Below are positions 1-10,317 of a DNA stretch of 64,000 nt, piece after piece (position 1 is the stretch's first letter; the number at the start of each line of letters is the position of its first letter). The notes below the pieces were generated by a model that had not been told where the DNA came from, did no database searches, and was given only the letters and a program-made list of their open reading frames with translations. Source of the DNA: Selaginella moellendorffii. Lineage: Eukaryota > Plantae > Lycopodiophyta. The stretch is taken from assembly GCF_000143415.4 (NCBI RefSeq), contig NW_003314264.1, forward strand, positions 1,113,650-1,177,649, read 5' to 3'. A program made the translations under genes and the position numbers.

Positions 1-12
1 CTACTGAATTGC

Positions 13-38
13 TAAACCCTAAACCCTAAACCCTAAAC
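13..38 (+). repeat. Short interstitial plant telomere-type repeat (CCCTAAA)n
   Basis: taaaccctaaaccctaaaccctaaac, about 3.5 units. Confidence 0.8.
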
Positions 39-825
39 ATGTGGCAAATGCTGCGTGAAGAAAGATGCCCTTTCTGGGCAAATGCTGTAAGAGGCAGATG
101 CCGAGCAGATGTATCTCAGGCTAGCGAAGGGGACAAATGAAAGCTAGCTATAAACATGATGGGATGCAAATAAATTACTAGGCTGATCCTGCGAAAATCA
201 AAAACCATAATTGAAAACATTGAAATGAAAAAAGAAAGGTTTATAATATTTTTGAATTTTAAGCAACCAAAGGAATGTAAGTAGGGCATGTGTTTGTAAA
301 TTTAAAAATGCCTCAACCACTTAAATTCCCAAATAAATAAAGCTGTTTCTATTTTTGGTACAGGTAAACTTTATAGCGTGTGGGCTCATGCAATTTTGAA
401 CCCAAAAATGCACCAAAAAATGCTCAACTAGCATTATTCTTTGAATGGCATGTGGCCTATATTGCCATAAATGGACGTACACACACAGCATAATTATTCC
501 TTTACACGGCGAATAATCTTGGCGCGGATCGCTGACATGGCATGGCAAAGTTCGAATCACTGACATGGCACAGCTGGATCGAAGCAAGGACATGATGTGA
601 CAAAGTTCAACCTCCGACAGCAAAGTCTAGAAGCTACTCAGTTTGAAATTTGTCAGAGGAATCATAAGATCTGGTTTGTCAGAGGATTTGATGTGACGTT
701 CAAGCGTGTGTTATTTTTGAATTCTCGAACTCATTCCTAGGTCTATCATTTTTGTGCGCCGTGTTCTTAGTTCCGCTGAGCGCAGTGAGCGCTGCTTGTG
801 TAAGCGGCGTTGTGAGCTGTGGTTT

Positions 826-966
826 ATGCGTCTACAAGCGGTTGCGGCATTGCGAGCGCCATTGCGAGCGGCAGTTTATGCGAGTGGCAGTTTGTGCGAG
901 TGGCGCTACAAGCAGTTGCAGTGTTGCGAGCGGCGCTACGAGTAGTTGCGGTGTTGCGAGCGGCAC
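826..966. repeat. GC-rich degenerate minisatellite (gttgcggtgttgcgagcggcgctac-type units)
   Basis: Repeated tgcgagcggc/tgcgagtggc units. Confidence 0.75.
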
Positions 967-1156
967 TGTCTTTGGTGTGGCTACTGCTTCCTCTTGATAT
1001 TCGGCACTTGTGCTTCCTGGTATGTTCACCATGGAATGGCTTAGGACCACATTTAGAAATGGCATGAGGCCACATGCCATCTTGGGCCCTTGCAATTTCA
1101 TGGCTAACGTATTGTCATGTATGTTTTTACTTGCCTGCAGCTGTGTGTATATCAAG

Positions 1157-1347
1157 ATGGCATGAGGCCTCATGCCATCTTTGCCCCTGCTAGCCTATTG
1201 CCATATTCCTTTTGCCTTGCTGCAACAGTATATATTTTTGTATGGGTGACTAGTCACGCACATAAAAATATATACAGTTGCAGCAAGGCAAAAGGAATAT
1301 AGCAACAGGCTAGCAGGGGCCAAAGATAGTGTGAGGCCTCATGCCAT
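1157..1347. repeat. ~190-bp near-perfect spacer-less inverted repeat
   Basis: Arms reverse-complementary around gtgactagtcac (1246-1257). Confidence 0.9.
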
Positions 1348-1535
1348 TAGTGGTACCACTAATGGCATGAGGGCTCATGCCAATTTTGTGAATGTGAAAT
1401 TTCACGTGGGTGTCAATAGCATGTTTGAATAATGGCATGTGGCCTCATGCTATTGAGGTTGTTTGGTATGTTATGATTTAGGCCATTCTCCAATCATTTT
1501 TTGTATGGTCTTAACTTCTTTTCTGCACTTTCAGA

Positions 1536-4361
1536 ATGGCCTCCACAAGTGCGACGCATGTTCCCTTCATGGATCTTAAGAACCGTGCTACATGGATTCA
1601 GGCAAAGGTGTTTCTAAACAACCCCGAGGGGGAGGTGGTAGTTGAGGGCTTAGCCACAGTTGTCGATCCAAGAGATGCGGTTGCTAATCAAGAATTGGGT
1701 TGGGATGATATTGGAGTTGCGATTTTAGAGGTTGTTGACACAGAAGAAAACAGTCTGACTATTGGAAGCATTGTGCGGTGGAAATTGAAGCACTTAGTGT
1801 TTGAGAATGTAAAGGATTCACAATCAAACACCACTACAACTGATGACAGAACATCTCTTCATGGGAAAAGAAAGTACACCTTCCTAAAGCGCAGCCAAAG
1901 GGATCTGAGCAACGAACCGAAAAGGCAGAAAATGGTGATGGAGGTTCGAATGGTCTCGACAGTTGCTTGTTGCAAGAGGAGGTGCTGTCAACATGTTGAT
2001 TGGGATGCTATTGAAGAGGAGAGAGCAAGATACAAGACATGGTCCTGGAAGGCAGCTCGCAATTTTGTGTATGAGGCATTACGGTCATCTGTTGATGCTT
2101 CAGAACATCAGGTGGGGGGCATGGTCTTCCAGAGCGGTTTGGTTTGCATGAAGGCATGGAGAATCATTTATGGAGTCCCTTGAACCACATTCTACAGAAT
2201 CAAAACTGAGTTCGAGGAACAAAGGGTTCAACAGGCAGTCCATGGGAACGACGGTACTCACAAAACCAGGGGTCATGTTGTATATGAAGAGGCAATCTTC
2301 AAGAGGTTTGTCGAGACATGTAGCGAGCAGCAACCACATAAAACCCGCCTCTTGGAAGATGGAACTCGAGACACCCAACGAGTTCTCCCTTCCATGTATA
2401 CCAAGGGGGCCATATTGGAAGATGTGAATCGGGAACTCTAGAGTAATGGCTACAGGAAGCTGAGCCAATCTAGATTTAGTAGATTGTGGAGCAACAGGTT
2501 CAGGGATGTGAGTATAGGAAAGTACTCCAGCTTTTCAAAGTGTGACGAGTGCACTGCTATCAAAATGGCTTTGTCGAAGAATTCTTGCAGCGCTCAAGAG
2601 CGAGAGACATTGGTTAGAAGGCGGCTCGACCACAACATCGAGCAGAGAAGCTACAGGACTGCATATTATCATAATAGGATTCTCTCCATGGAGAGACCTG
2701 ACTCTTACCTCTGCATCATCCACAACAAAATGGACTAGAAAAAGATGTGCTTACCTCGACTCAATCCTGCCCCCAAGGCAATCTCTTCATCCATGCAACT
2801 GCCTGTGTCTCTGTTTGGCATAATCACTCATGGGCATGGTGCCCAGAACTATGGGAACTTCTTTGTACCTCTATGGGGTGGCGGGGGTGCAAACATGATG
2901 ATTGCGTCCCTAGCAAAACACTTAAAGTCTCTGCAAAGTGCGCAGACTGAGCTGAACGGCCAACCCTTGCATAAGGCCCTTGTCGATCGAACCCCATACA
3001 GGGTTCAGCTGGAGGAGGAGCAAAGGCTTGCAGTATCGCGTGGGGCCCCATGCCATCCCAGTGAATATGTTGGCCATCAGATTGTAGGGTTATCACGTGA
3101 GGCCTCATGCCATTCCAATGAGGCTGGTCACCCGGTGAATGCACAGCCTCATCCAAACGAAGTAGAATCTCAAGGAAGTTCTTGCGGCCGATGTGGCCTT
3201 CCACCCCATCTTCTGCTCCAAACAGACAATACTGGTAGTGAGAACAAAAACATGTACGTCTTTGCGTACTTGGCGATACTTGTTGCCAAAGGCATATTTG
3301 AAACGGTTACACTTGGCTTTCTCATGGTTGGGCACACTCATGAAGACATCGATGCCATGTTCAGTCACCTGGCAGAGTCCCTCTGGCGATCCAATGTCCT
3401 CACCCTCCCACAACGCTACGATGAATTCCAAAATTGCATTAAAGGCACTGTTGAAGCTGCACTTGTGACAGAGGTTCCAGACTTTAAGGGGTTTGTAAGA
3501 GGCTAAATCAGGGACAGATCCGAAACGCTGATTGGCCACTCCAAGCCTCTTCAGTTTCATTTCAACATGCGTGACAGTGCTCCAGTGATGAGGTACAAGA
3601 TGAGAGAATGGGACACAGTGTGGCTGCCAGTGGACGGCATTGAACTCTTCAAGAGAGATCCCATAACTGGGGAACCTATGATTCCTCAGGGTTCCCCACG
3701 GCCGATGCACCCGGATGGACTCAAAGACCAGGAAAGTATAGTGGCCGGGATTAGACAACATATTGCCTTTTGGAAGAGGGGGTTGGTGTTTGGTGGAGAA
3801 TCCTATTTTCAGAGGTGCAAGCCTTTTCTCGAATACTGGGAGAAGATTATATCTGCTATCCAAAATGGGCCGGTTGTATATGAAGAATTGGAAGAGTCCT
3901 TTTGGCCAGAACCCAGAACACCAAATAGTAGCGGAACAATGTCCTCTGGAAATGCAGTGACAGATAACGATGTTGAGGATCACTATTGTGGGCCGAGGAA
4001 CAAGAAGCTGGATTCAGCATTCAATCCAGTACAGGTCTGCAAAGGAATGGTCGTGCTTGTCAGACCCAGTAATAAAAAACAAATGATATGGGTAAGGCGC
4101 TGCATCACTGATGCAGAGGAGGATGCGGAAACTAACTCCTTCAATGTAACTGTGGAGTGGTTCAAGCCAAGTTCCGGATATACAAAGGATTGCCTAGAAA
4201 AGAGATGGGTGCTGAATCCAAGGGATCCCAGCATGAGCATATCGGTGCATGATGTTGTGCATGGTTGGATGCGGAAGCAGAGTGCCACCATCACCTTGCC
4301 AGACCATGCAAGAGATGTAGCAAGAGCATTCATAACCCGGGTTCAAGGTGAAATTCATTAA
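1536..4361 (+). pseudogene. Transposase pseudogene (Sola-like)
   Basis: ORFs at 1536, 2484, 2745 and 3567 are in one frame, separated by single in-frame stops; motifs FSKCDEC (CxxC), IIH[N]KMD, LQTDN..ENKN, FLMVGHTHEDIDAMFS. Confidence 0.8.
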
Positions 4362-5948
4362 TATTCCTTTACTAAGTTTCTAATGTATTTTATTTCAAGG
4401 TGAACAATCCGAATCTGAATCAGAGGAGGTGTGATGGCATGTGGCCTTACGCCATTCCTAGGTGAGATGATACAAATAACAAGTATAAATTCTTAGTTGT
4501 TCTAGCAAATCTTACTTAAAGTTCAAGGTGAATAAGCCGAATATGAATTCATCGGATTGTTATAACAAATTGCGAGGTGATGGCATGAGGCGATACGCCA
4601 TTTGAGAGTGGTAGCCATTCCTATATGAGGTGAGTGAAATATTTATTAGAAATACCTCATTCAATTATGCACTTCTAAATCTTGGTCCACTCAATACTAT
4701 TTGCATGTTTTTATTTTAATTCTTTCTCTAAAATGTTATTTAGCATGTGGCTTCATGCCATTGCTCTCCACAATCATGCATTGAATTTTTCTATCCTTGC
4801 ATAATACTTCTCCATATATATAGCATGTGCGCACATGTGATATGGTTCATTAAGCCTGATATAGTGTGTGAGGTAAAACAAAGATGATGTGACATATGCA
4901 TTTACCAATCACATGTGCATAAATCTAATAATATGGCGTGTGGCCCATATTAATGGCACATAAACCCATATTGTGGGCTTACATGCTTTATGTACCATCA
5001 TTCCCTTGTAGCGTGTGTGTTGGTTTCCTTTTATAACACAACAAACTCCATATTTTAGGGTGAAGAGCGTTCTCATGGCAAGCACAAAATCTGTAAGTGA
5101 GGCAGAAAAGGAGACGGAGAAGGAGATAGGTGAAGATGTAGAATATATAAGTCTTCCAAACTCCCCGTACTATACTCCAGGTGATCATTTTTCTGAACAA
5201 ACGGCAACATTAACAACTATCGAGAACGCCCCAGTAACGTCAGAGACAACAATCCAAAGCAAAACAACTGACCCGGAGAAGGATGATAGTACCGCTGAGA
5301 GTACCAAAAAGGAGGTGTCCACTAGCGCTTAGGCTTATAATGGCGTGTGCCCTCATGCCATTTACTTGATCACCAAATACCTTTTTCCCTTTGCACTAGT
5401 ATATCTTAATACCGGCCTGAGAAATAGAATGGCATGTGCCCTCAGGCCTTTTACTAAATCACCTTTGAAAGAAATGCAAGCCTTTATGTCGTAAAAAAAA
5501 GGTACTAGAGAAATTCCTTAATAATATGAATGTTATTTAGTTTTATGAAAATACACTAAGGGTCAAATGAGTTAAATGACTTCTCCAGACTAGCAATGCC
5601 TCTTGCTACACCTTCACAATTAGATTCGTTAGAAAAAGATAACATTGAATAATATCTAAATGTTCTCACCATTTAGTTATATGTCTGGCTAATAGGAATG
5701 ACGTTCATCTTGGAAAGCTCACCACACGCTCAATGAACAAACAAATAGTGTGTGCGCCCATGCCATCGCTCTTCTTTAGCTTCAGATTCGGCTTGTTCAC
5801 CTTGACAATGAGATTTATTATACAACCAGATGGACTCAATCTGGACACAAAGTCACCGCGCTAGTCACCATGCCCTAGATATGTCTAGCCCCTGGACAAA
5901 AAACATATAATTTCACGTCATTTTCAAATACTTGAAAATTTGTACCTA

Positions 5949-5992
5949 GTCCCATTTTACTGAATAAATCCCACTTTAACGAAATAGAGCAT
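5949..5992. repeat. Right terminal inverted repeat plus subterminal of the DNA transposon
   Basis: gtcccattttactgaataaatcccactttaacgaaatagagcat matches 58323-58366. Confidence 0.85.
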
Positions 5993-7187
5993 ACAAGCAA
6001 TGAGTCACACCTCATTGCAAATCATCTCTCCAAGAGAAAATGATTTACATATTTGATCCTTCGTCCCTGACGACTCTCTTTTATCCTATGGTTATTTACC
6101 ATAGGATAAACACCACAAAGTGGAACCTAAACCCTCTATGTGCCATGTGTCAGATGCCATGTGTCTATAGGATAGTGGTGTAGAACCCAAGTTTCAGAGC
6201 TTTGGGCCACTTAACGAAGGAACAGTGCCAAACTCCCAAGTATGGAGCTAAGGAGTGTCGGAATCGAACCATGGAGCAACTCTCGAGCATACAGCCCAAA
6301 GAACAAAGGGACAGGAGCCCAGAGTAACTTGGAATAGTCCTAGAGCAACCAGCATCCCAATGCCAATACCAGCATGCAAAACAGAGCCAAATAGAGTCTA
6401 GTGCTATTTCGGCATACCGGTGACCTAACGCAAAGATATAGGTACTCCACCAGCTAGTATGGAATGGAACTTGGGCTTAGACCCAAGCCAAACACAGAAC
6501 AAGGACAAGCACGCAAGTGGGAGCCAAACTATGCCTCAGGTTGGTCGGCCATGTTCGACCTACCCACTATCCCTACTATACATTTGGAACCCCCCACAAC
6601 CCCCCTGCCCTTGAGGAACATACGCTTTAGGCTTTCACCCCAAGCCTCCCTTAGTATCAAGAGTTAGTCTCTGGAACAAGCTCGAAACTTACTAATTATG
6701 GAATGGTGCTCGATTGCGAATTTACTGCCACAATGGCAGGGGGTTGATATTGCTGGTTCCCTTTATCAGCCCCTCTTGTTCAAGTGTTAGTTTACTAAGT
6801 TTAGCATCTGTACTTAACCAGATGGATATAAGGTAGGAACTCCTATGTGTTTCTAGCTGAGCATACTCGACCTAGCTCTTAGTTCTCTTTTGCTCTGTCT
6901 TGCACTGGCTTGACAAGAACCCTTGCATATTGAGATTAGTCCCTCAATATTGCTAAATGATAGCTTATTATGTCTGCCAAACACCCTCGCTATCATGCCT
7001 TTTGTGTTAGTTTCATTCTAGTCCCAAATGCTATTTATGAAATGTGTCTAAATTTGCTCATTTGGCATATCTATGGAATGTAGAGATCGGCCTGAACACA
7101 ATGGTGTTCGTCCCGTGTCCAAGGAAAGAGTGTCCATAAGAACTGACCGACAAATAACTTTCAATACCCAAAGTCACATTCGCGACA
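5993..7187 (-). mobile_element. LTR family A copy (terminus tgtcgcgaatgtgac on minus) with an internal inversion
   Basis: Homologous to 48150-49166, 17990-18561 and 58373-59013. Confidence 0.75.
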
Positions 7188-7189
7188 GT

Positions 7190-7950
7190 TATTCTAACAT
7201 CTGTGGATGATCGCAAAGTATATGAACTTTCAGCATTCCGATTAGGATGATTATTTGCCATCTCTTCGGTATGCATATGTTACAAGGATGCAGAGTTTTG
7301 TTGGTGCTTCACCATATAAACTCCTATATGGTCATAATCCAATATTACCAACTGAGTTGGGTTTAAATTCGCAATTGCCATGAGCTACCGATGCTAAGTT
7401 GTGGGATTAATATTTGATGAGCATTCTTCCACTTGTCCGAGCGGAGTCTACCGAACATTTAGGCCGTGTACAAATGGGACAACAACGGTGCTACAATTCC
7501 CATCATCGTCCATCTGCGGAGTACAAAGTGGATGATTTAGTGTTAGTCTGTTCTCCGCATCTTATAGTACGTGGTTTATGTAAGGGGCTCTTGCTCAGTG
7601 GAAAGGATCATATCAGGTGTTACGGCAAGTTGGACCACAAGTTTATGAGGTTCGGCATGACGTCCAGCAAGCCGATCCTCTAGAAAATCTTGATCCTCTA
7701 GATCAAGATTTTATGTTTCTGGGCTAATTAATATATATATTTTTTGTATTCCTTTTCCATATTCCATGCCTTCACTCTTATGATGTTCTTCCAAATCCCG
7801 GCCCATTTCCATTTCAATCTTGATGGTCTTCCATTATTCCAAGAGGAAGGGATGATATGAGGTCCAAATGTATAGCTATGATACCATACACTAATATTAG
7901 CGTATGGGATTTTAGTAGTTGTTGAATTGGTTTCAATCTGTACCACTCAC
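7190..7950 (+). mobile_element. 3' end of a degenerate Ty3/Gypsy element (integrase C-terminus, PPT, short LTR)
   Basis: SPYKLLYGHNPILPTELG remnant paralogous to 16770-17140; purine tract aagaggaaggg before an LTR matching 12982-13100. Confidence 0.7.
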
Positions 7951-8030
7951 TCTTGTATATAAGCTAGGGTTTTTGGGCTAATTAATATATATATTTTTTA
8001 TATTCTTTTTCCATATTCCATGCCCTCACT

Positions 8031-8154
8031 CCCTCTCTCTCTCTCTCCTTCTATATATATATATATATATATGTATATGTATATGTATATGTATATATAT
8101 GTATATGTATATATGTATATATATGTATATATATATATATGTATATATATATAT
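8031..8154. repeat. Compound microsatellite (CT)n/(AT)n/(ATGTAT)n
   Basis: Directly visible. Confidence 0.95.
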
Positions 8155-8199
8155 TGATATAAGTAATCAAAAGCTTTTATTATGGAAAATGCTTTAATA

Positions 8200-9120
8200 C
8201 TTTATTGTCATTTGAGCCAATTATATATACAAATCCATCATCTTCCATAGATAGGATTGTTGATTTACAACTTCGACAATTAATATCTATAAACCATATA
8301 TTGACATCTTTATAATCTTTTATTACTAATTTTTTTGTCTCTAAAAGTAACCAACAATCAATATCTTTGTTAGTGGTGGGACTATCCTATAAAACATGCA
8401 TTCTCTTCCATGTTAACACTAAATTACAATTTTTCTGAAGAGCTAATTTATAATATCCATTTGGAGAAACTAGTGGATTCAACTTGAGTAAATAGGATCC
8501 TATCTCAAATTTTTCACCACTCATAAGTGTAGACCTGTAAATCCAACAATTATTAACAGCTGTATGTATATAAGTTTTATTATAATTCACAGCAATACTT
8601 ATAGGGATTTATTTTCTAACATTTAGTAGTTTGTAATTTATGCCAACATAATCCAAAGTAGCAGCTATAAGACCATAATTTCCTACTTGAGCTTCTTTTA
8701 AGATATCAAACAAAAGCTGATTAAGTTTTCCAATAATTTCTTCTCCTGATGTGCCTGTCCTTGTTCATCTCCATGCCATACTACACATCTAATTAGAACT
8801 TTTACTGTATATCCATATGGTAATTTCAATAACTTTATTTGATAAAAAAAGAGTTTCAGTCCAAGTAAATGCATTATAGTATTTATATGTTTCTTCAATT
8901 TTAGTATCCGTAATATTCATTAAAAGCTTTCCAATTTTATTAATATCACTTCTAGTACTAAGACCATAAAGTGTAAGAGCTCCCAATTTACATCTGCTTG
9001 AACAGTCAGATCTGCTAATCTGAGAATCACTATTAGAACAATAGCTAGCTTCATGGAAAATACATAGAAGTGTCCAAATGAAACAATTACCAGCTATTTT
9101 GTATCCATCAGAAATAATAT
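8200..9120 (-). pseudogene. AT-rich pseudogene with bulb-type (B) lectin-like domain
   Basis: LVSPNGYYKLALQKNCNLVL resembles the B-lectin N-terminal motif; stops and frameshifts; paralog at 49200-50140. Confidence 0.55.
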
Positions 9121-9209
9121 TATAAATTTATTAAAATCATTATTACAAGACTGAACCATTAGCTTCATATAGTGTATCACGTGTCTCGCAGCTAATAAAA
9201 CAATTTTCA

Positions 9210-9576
9210 TTGCTGATGCCCAACGAAGGATTGCAGCTCAGCATTGCATCTTCACTGGTGCTAGAATAATAGCTTGCGTTGCAGTTGTTCCTGGGACCGA
9301 AACGTTCCTTAAGACCATGTTCATGGGTCGAGGAGGCGGCATGAGCACCCTTGCAGCTGACTCTCGTCTCTGGAGAAAACCAAAGACAACCAAAAGCAAA
9401 AGAGAATGTTGTGGGTTTTTCACTGAAAAGATTACCTCCCTATGCTGTGGAGCAACATCTGTGTCTCTTGAGGATTCATCCCTGTCATCTCCTGGCCTAA
9501 AAGAATGAAACGAAGTGCTACTATAAACTTGAAAGCATGGAAAAAATACCTCGGACTTCTGTCTGTCCACTCATCA
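9210..9576 (-). pseudogene. Duplicated 3' fragment of the EFG1 gene
   Basis: Near-identical to 50350-50720 including introns; 5' exons absent. Confidence 0.85.
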
Positions 9577-9753
9577 TGTATGTATGCTTGTATAAAAGCT
9601 TTTGAATTTGCACATGCCCACCACAGATCATAGGAGAAACTGATCCCTTGAGAGGGTCACTGCGAAATCATGTTGAAGAGAGAGTCTCTACTTATAAGTG
9701 GGGATTATCAATGTAAGGCAGTGTGTCATGTAACCCAGCAGCAAAGCACATGG

Positions 9754-10158
9754 CTACAATGCCTTGGGATTCTTAATTCCTCTTGGAGTCACTTTCACAA
9801 CAGCACAGAATGCTACTACTTGAGGAGGAGAAAAGGGAAAAAAGAAGAAAAAACTATGAGAAGGAATGAATTTCAACGAGTGAGATGGCGATGGTGATCC
9901 AAAATATTTCGGTGCTCGAGCTCCGCGATTACCAAGAGGAGGAGGATTATCATCGGGATTAGCGCCACCACTAGCGCCCCCTACGCCGCCTTCGCCACCG
10001 CCATCGCGATCGCCCCAGCTGAGCCACGCCGTCAAGAATGCCGCATTGGCGGCCCAGGGCATGGACAAGCGCCTGGATCGCTGCTGGTGCTCGAGAGGAA
10101 CGACGATGCCGCCAGGATGAGCACAGCAAAGGACACTGCTACTGCGATGGATCCCCAT
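9754..10158 (-). CDS. Possible gene start or fragment of unknown function (transit-peptide-like, Gly-rich)
   Basis: GC-rich ORF downstream of a G-box/telo-box cluster; no recognisable domain. Confidence 0.3.
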   Translation of the reverse strand: MGIHRSSSVLCCAHPGGIVVPLEHQQRSRRLSMPWAANAAFLTAWLSWGDRDGGGEGGVGGASGGANPDDNPPPLGNRGARAPKYFGSPSPSHSLKFIPSHSFFFFFPFSPPQVVAFCAVVKVTPRGIKNPKAL

Positions 10159-10270
10159 AGAGAGAATTTCATAGGAGAGCTACGCGATCGATATCGATCG
10201 ATGGAGTGGGCTCGCTAGAAATATTTTGCCTCTCGGCAAAACCTCTCGTGACACCTGTCCAGGCGTCATA

Positions 10271-10317
10271 TGACGTGGAAAACGTCTGTTCACCACGTGG
10301 CAAAGCATAAACCCTAA
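10271..10317. promoter_or_regulatory. ACGT-core G-box-like sites plus telo-box
   Basis: tgacgtgg, ccacgtggc and aaaccctaa between divergent ATGs (10158 minus, 10317 plus). Confidence 0.45.

Larger units (their letters stand above)
1..5992 (+). mobile_element. Decayed cut-and-paste DNA transposon (Sola-like DDD transposase); left end not found in window
   Basis: Transposase pseudogene 1536-4361; at least 16 copies of a 22-bp palindrome; right terminus 5949-5992 matches the TIR/subterminal of the MITE at 58079-58366. Confidence 0.75.

Noticed and set aside
1-40. True chromosome end
   Set aside because: Only ~3.5 repeats, preceded by non-telomeric sequence
1059-1453. CRISPR-like array of palindromic repeats
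   Set aside because: Spacing is irregular (36-170 bp), spacers are themselves inverted repeats, there are no cas genes, and the context is a eukaryotic transposon
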